A stretch of DNA of 64,000 nucleotides from the NCBI RefSeq assembly GCF_009914755.1, contig NC_060939.1. One strand, written 5' to 3'. Origin of the DNA: the human T2T-CHM13v2.0 reference genome, Homo sapiens. The position numbers were made by a program, and so were the translations under genes. This document shows positions 57,950-64,000 of the stretch, one piece after another (position 1 is the first letter of the stretch; each line of letters starts with the position of its first letter). The notes below the pieces were generated by a model, which was not told the DNA's origin, did no database searches, and saw nothing but the letters and a program-made list of their open reading frames with translations.

Positions 57950-59968
57950 TGCAATTGTTTCCTATTTCTGCTATAACGAACTACCACAAACGTGGTGGCT
58001 TAAAAACACACAAATTTATTATCTCACAATTTGGGAGGCCAGAAATCTGAAATTAGTTCTACCGGGGAAAAAAAATCAAGGTGTCAGTAGGGATGCACTT
58101 CTGAAGCCTCTAGGGGAGAGTGCATTTCCCTGCCTTTTCCAATTTCTAGAACTGCATTCCTTGCCTTTTTTAGCTGCTACTTTCCATCTGTATTCCTTGG
58201 CTCATGGCCCCTTTTCTTCATCTTCAAAGCCAAAGGCATCTTCAAATAACTCTCTTTACTGAGGTCATCACATTGCCTTTTCTCTCTGTGTTAAATCTCA
58301 CTCCCTCTGCTTCCCTTGCATAAGGACACATGTGAGTGCATTTAGGGTCCAAGCTAAATAATCTGAGATAATCTACCCATCTCAAGATCATTAATTCAAT
58401 CACATTTACAAATATGTTTTGCCATGTAAAGTAACATGACTTATTAGGATATGAATATCTTTTGTGTGACATATTTTTCAGCCTACCATAGTCTTCCCTT
58501 TAATCCCCAATTATTCATGTCCATCCCACATGAAAAATACATTCATTCCATCCCAACATCCCCAAAGTTTCAACTCCTTACAACAACAATTCAAGTCCAA
58601 AATCTCTTCAGGTCAAAAATCCAAAGTCTCATCCTCTAAATCAGATGTGAGTGGGACTCTGGGTATAACCCATACTGGGGTAAAATTCCTCTCTATCCAT
58701 GCACTTATGAAACTGGAAAACAGGTCATCTGTTTCCAAAATACAATGGTGAAACAGGCATAGTACAATAGTTATAGATAATCTCATTCCAAATGGGAGAA
58801 AAATGGAAGGAATAAAGGGGTCACTGATTTTAAGAAATTTTAAAATCTAGCAGTGCAAATTCCATTAGATTTCAAGCCCCTTTGTGGCTCAAGATTCTGC
58901 TCTCTGAGCCTACAGTTCTGCCTTCTGCCTCTACTTCCACAGCTCTAACCTTTAGGCTCAAGGCTCTGCCCTGAGTTATCTTTCCTTTTTCCTGAAAGGC
59001 AACACATGTTTGCAGCTGAGTTGTCTTATTAGCCTCCTCCCTGCCTGTAGAATTTTGGAAGCCTGACCGCTTTCCTTTATTTTACCCTCTCTCTATCCCT
59101 TTCAGTACAAGTTGGCAGTGTTTCTGTTGGACTAACATCCTCAAAACCCTTGTTGCTCTTCCACATATTTCACAGGGATAAAAAGCCATTAGACAAAAGT
59201 CTTCTCCAAGATAGTCCTGGACAATACCACTTGGATTCCTACCTTCTGTTGAGATGATTGAGTGGGTCCATGAGTCATACCTTGAATCTCTTCAGTTCTA
59301 GCAAAAGGTTGTCCAACCACATACTTGACTCTCTCTCCAGGGCACAATTTCCTAATAGTGAATCTCTTAATATTAGTATTTTTTTTTTGCAATGTGCATA
59401 ACTGAGTATTTCCCAAATCAAGTTCTAGTTCCTTTTTGCTTAACAGTTCTTTCCTTAATTTGTGTCTTTCCTCTAAAGTTTTATATAAGCAGTAAAAAAC
59501 CAGGCAGTGCCTTCAACACTTTGCTTGGAAATCTCCTCAGTTAACTAGCCAAGTTCATGCTTACGAGTTCTGCTTTCTACCAAGTGTAGAAATAATTCAG
59601 CTAGGCTTTCTGCCACGATGTAACAAGGATCTCCTTTCCTCCAATTTCCAACAACATGTTCCTCATTTCCCTCTGAGCCCTTGCCAGTAGCACCTTTAAC
59701 ATATTTCTACCAATATTCTATTTATGATATGTGTATACTACAAGATGATGCAGGCGTGCTCTACACCATGCTTCTTACTTCCTCTTGAGCCCTCACTAAC
59801 AGTATTTAACATCCATATTTCAACTCACAGCCTGTTCAAGGCAATCTCAGTTTTTTTCTATCATGTGCCTCAAATTCTACCAGACTCTAACCATTATCCA
59901 ATTCCAATGCCACTTTCACATTTTAAAATATTTGTTACAGCAGCACCCCACCTCTAGGTACCAAATTC
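57950..59968 (-). mobile_element. MaLR: MLT1E-like 3' LTR (57950-58490) plus MLT1 internal sequence (58491-59968)
   Basis: LTR edge ttcagcctaccata followed by a pyrimidine-rich (PPT) tract; internal ends tttgttacagcagcaccccacctctaggtaccaaattc. Confidence 0.85.
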
Positions 59969-60398
59969 TGGATCAGTCAGGGATGCACCAGAGAAACAAC
60001 CAGTAAAACACATGCACGTGCACACATACTCACACACACATTTAGTGCAAGGAAGTATCTTATGTAATTGTGGGAACTGACTAGGCGAGTCTGAAATCCA
60101 TAGGGCAGGCCATCAGGAGGGGCAGTCTGGAATTCTTGGGCACAAGCTGAAGCTTTAGTCCACAGGTAGAATTTCTTTTTCTTTAGGGAAACCTCAGTTT
60201 TCCCCTTAAGGCCTTTTAACTGATTGAATCAGGCCCACCCAGACTATCAAGTATAATCTCTTTTACTTAAAAAGACAAATGATTATAGATATCAATCACA
60301 TATACAAAACACCTTCACAGCAACACCTAGATTAGTGGTTAATTGGATAACTGGGGACTATAGCCTAGCCAAGTTGACAGATAAAACTGACCATCGCA
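59969..60398 (-). mobile_element. MLT2 (MLT2D/C-like) ERVL LTR
   Basis: agtcaggg...ccagagaaaca...aactgattgaatcaggcccaccca...gcctagccaagttgaca...accatcgca. Confidence 0.85.
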
Positions 60399-60548
60399 CA
60401 GAGCAAATAGATGGTTAAAAGTCAGACAATCCAGAAATATAAAATAATGTTATAAAAACTATCAGGAGACCTACCATCCAGAGATACTACTGCTAACCTC
60501 TGTGAATATCCTTTTGGACTTTATTCTATTCAAATACAAATACACACT

Positions 60549-61293
60549 TGTACTAGTCCATTTTCATACTGCTATAAAGAACTGCCTGAGACTGGGTAAT
60601 TTATAAAGGAAAGAGGTTTAATTGACCCACCGTTCAGCATGGCTGAGAAGGCATCAGGAAGCTTACCATCAGGGTGGAAGGTGAAGGGGAAGCAAGGTAC
60701 CTCCTTAACAAGGCAGCAGGAAGAAGTGCCAAGCAAGGGAGGAGGAGCCCCTTATAAAACCATCAGATCTCGTGAGAACTCACTATCACAAGAACAGCAT
60801 GGAGGAAACTGCCCTCCATGATTCAATTACCTCCACCTAGTCTCTCCCTTGACACATGGGGATTATGGGGATTACAATTAAAGATGAGATTTGAATGGTG
60901 GCACAAAGCCTAACCATATCATTCTGCCCCTGGCCCCTCCCAAATCTCACGTCCCTTTCACATTTCAAAACCAATCATGCCATCCCAACAGTCCCCTGAA
61001 GTCTTAATTCATTCCAGCATTAACCCAAAAGTCCAAGTCCAAAGTCTCATCTGAGACAAGGCAAGTCCCTTCCTCCTAGTAGCCTGTAAAATCAAAAGCA
61101 AGTTAGTTACTTCCTAGATACAATGGGGGTACAGGCATTGGGTAAATACACTTGTTCCAAATGGGAGAAACCGGCCAAAACGAAGGGGCTACAGGCCCCA
61201 TGCAGGTCCAAAATCCAGCACAGCAGTCAAATCTTAAAGCTCTGAAATGATCTCCTTTGACTTCATGTCTCACATCCAGGTCACATTGATGCA
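60549..61293 (-). mobile_element. THE1 3' LTR (60549-60921) plus truncated THE1-int (60922-61293)
   Basis: tgtactagtccattttcatactgct...aaccatatca|ttctgcccctggcccctcccaaatctc. Confidence 0.92.
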
Positions 61294-61449
61294 ACACTCA
61301 CTCATGCACTAACTCCTATACACACACTCTCATACACACACTTGAACAAACTCACACTCACATTTAAAAATGATATAGTAGATATTTTGTAAATAATCTT
61401 TGTAAAAGAAAATATCTATACATTTTTTATTTAAAAATACATGTTCAAC

Positions 61450-64000
61450 TTTCAAACTCATTTTATGAGGCCAGCCAGTTTCCTAATACCAAAGTTAGAC
61501 AAGGACACCACAAGAACCGAAAATTACAGGCCAATAGCTCTGATGAACATAGATGCCAAAATCCTCAACAAAATACTAGCAAACCAAATTAAACAACACA
61601 TTAGGAGGATCACACACCATGATCATTATCCCTGGATGCAAGGATGGTTCAACATATGCAGATAAATAAATGCATTAGACTACATTGACAGAATGAAGGA
61701 TAAAAATGATATGATCATCTCGATAAATGCAGAAAAAGCATTTGACAAAATTCAACATGCTTTCATGGTAAAAACTCTCAACAAATTAGGAATAAAAGGA
61801 ATGTAGCTCAACATAATAAAGGCCATATGTGGCAAGCCCACAGCTGCCATCATACTCAAGGAAAAACAGTTAAAAGCTTTTCCTCTAAGATCAAGAACAA
61901 GGATGCCCACTCTCCCCACTTTATTCAATATAGTACTGAAGGTCCTAATCAGAGAAATTAGGCAAGAAAAAAAATACATCCAAGTTGAAAACGAAGAAGT
62001 AAATTTGTCTGTGTTTGCAGATGACATGATCTTATATACAGAAACCCTAAAGTCTCTACCAAACAAAATGTTAGAACAAATGAATTCAGTAAAGCTGTAG
62101 GATACAAAAATCAATATACAAAAGTCAGTAGCATTTCTACACACCAACCAACAATCTGAAAAAGAAATCTAGAAAAGAATCCCATTTACTATAGTGTTTA
62201 AAAAATACTTAGGAATAAATTTAACCAAAGAAGTGAAAGACGTGCACACTGGAAACAAACTGAGGAAAAATTGAAGACAATTCAAATAAATAGAAAGATA
62301 TCTCATTTCATGGATTGGATGAATTAATATTGTTAAAAATGTTTATACCACCCAAAGTGAGCTATAGATTAATGTAATTTCTAGCAAAATTCCCATATCA
62401 TTTTTCATAGAAATAGAGAAATATCCTAAAATTCATATAAAACCACAAGAGACCTGAACAGCTAAAGCATATATGAGCAAAAACAAAGCTAGAGGCATTA
62501 CACCACCTGATTTCAAGATACGCTACAAAGCTGTTGTAATCAAAGAGCATGGTATAGGCATAAAAAAGACATGTAGAGCAATGGAATGGAATAGACAGCC
62601 CCAAAATCCACACATTTGCAAAGGTGCCAAGAATACACAATAGAGAAAGGATAGTTTATTTAACATGTGGTGTTGGGTAAACTAGATGGCCACCTGCAGA
62701 ATAAAATTGGACCCTGATCTCACACCATATACAAAAATCAACTCAAAATGGATTAAAGACTTAAGCATAAGAACTAAAACTGTAAAACTACTAGAAGAAT
62801 ACATAGCGGAAAAGCTTCTTGATAATGGTCTAAGCAATAATCTTTTGGATATGACTCTAACAGCACAGGCAACAAAAGCAAAAATAGACAAATGGAATTG
62901 CAACAAACTGAAAAGCTTCTGCACAGCAAAAAGGAAACAATAAAGTGAACAGACAACCAATGGAATGGGGGAAATATTGGCAAGCCCTACATCTGATAAG
63001 GGGTTGATATCCAAAATATATAAGGAACTCAAATAACTCAATAACAATAAAACGAATAATCTGATTAAATGAGCAAAGGACCTGAATAGACATTCACAAA
63101 AGAAGATGGCAATGGCCAATAGGTAGGTGGAAAAATGCTCAATATCACTAACCATCAGGGAAATATAAATATAAGCCACAATGAGATATCTCACACCTGT
63201 TAGGATGACTGTTATCAAAAAGAGAAAGGATAATAAGCATTGGTGAGGATGTGGAGAAAAGGGAATGTTGTATACTGATGATGGGAGGTAAATTGAGATA
63301 GCCATTATGGAAAACAGTATGAAGGTGCCTCAAAAAATTAAAAACAGAACTACTAATTCAACAATCCCTCTTCTGGATATATATCCAAAGGAAATAAAAT
63401 CATTGTGTTGAAGATATATTTGCATTCCCATGTTCATCGCAGCATTATTCACAATAGCCAAGATGTGGAATACACCTAATTGTCCATTGACAGATGAATG
63501 GATAAAGAAGATGTGGTATATATACACACAGAGTAGAATACAACTTAGCCTTTAAAAAGGAGGATATCCTGTCATTTGGGACAAGCTGGATAGATCTGGA
63601 GAATATTATAAGTGAAATAAGCCAGACACAAAAAGACAAGCCTTGCATGATCTGACTTATATATGGAATCTAAAGAAGTTGAACTCATAGAAGCAGAGTG
63701 AAGAATAATGGTTGCCAGGGGATGGGGTGAGGGGTGGCAGAGAAATAAGGAGATATTGGTGAAAGGTACAAAGTTTCAGTCAGACAGGATGAGTTCTGAT
63801 ATATATTGTACAGCATGATGGCTGTAGTTAATAGAATGTATTTTATACTTGGATATTGCTAAGAGAGTAGCTCTTAAGTGTTCTCACCACAAAATATGTG
63901 AGGTAATGAACATGTTAATTAGCTTGATTTAATCACTCCACAATGTACACATATATCAAAACATCACATTGTATACCTTAAATATACTCCATATTTATTT
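61450..64000 (+). mobile_element. 5'-truncated L1MA-type element (ORF2 RT to 3'UTR)
   Basis: [47 protein letters not shown]; many stops; L1MA 3'UTR runs to the window end. Confidence 0.95.

Noticed and set aside
61450-64000. Reverse transcriptase motif (FADD) suggesting an active or novel RT system
   Set aside because: Ordinary 5'-truncated L1 ORF2 with many stops and frameshifts

Overview
Primate genomic DNA, probably human (AluJ, AluS and AluY all present); I cannot name the locus. The window is dominated by interspersed repeats: L1, Alu, MaLR/ERVL/ERV1/ERVK LTRs, L2/MIR and MER DNA transposons. No intact protein-coding gene, tRNA or rRNA is recognisable. The ORF track reflects decayed L1, Alu and LTR frames or chance. 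Three signals stand out. (1) Two repeat-poor islands each look like an NF-kB + TATA core promoter followed by splice sites, and they point away from each other (minus strand at ~10.9 kb, plus strand at ~47.3 kb); these are candidate inducible lncRNA starts. (2) A very old Ty3/Gypsy pol fossil on the minus strand at ~51.1-53.25 kb (RNase H - integrase - PPT - LTR start), split by two later MaLR LTRs. (3) Several unusual insertion structures: a 28-bp TPRT-like micro-insertion, a truncated THE1 that still appears to have a TSD, a MaLR internal sequence with mismatched LTR types, and a template-switch-like hairpin. Repeat subfamily names come from recalled consensus similarity, not from an alignment; boundaries without TSDs are approximate.
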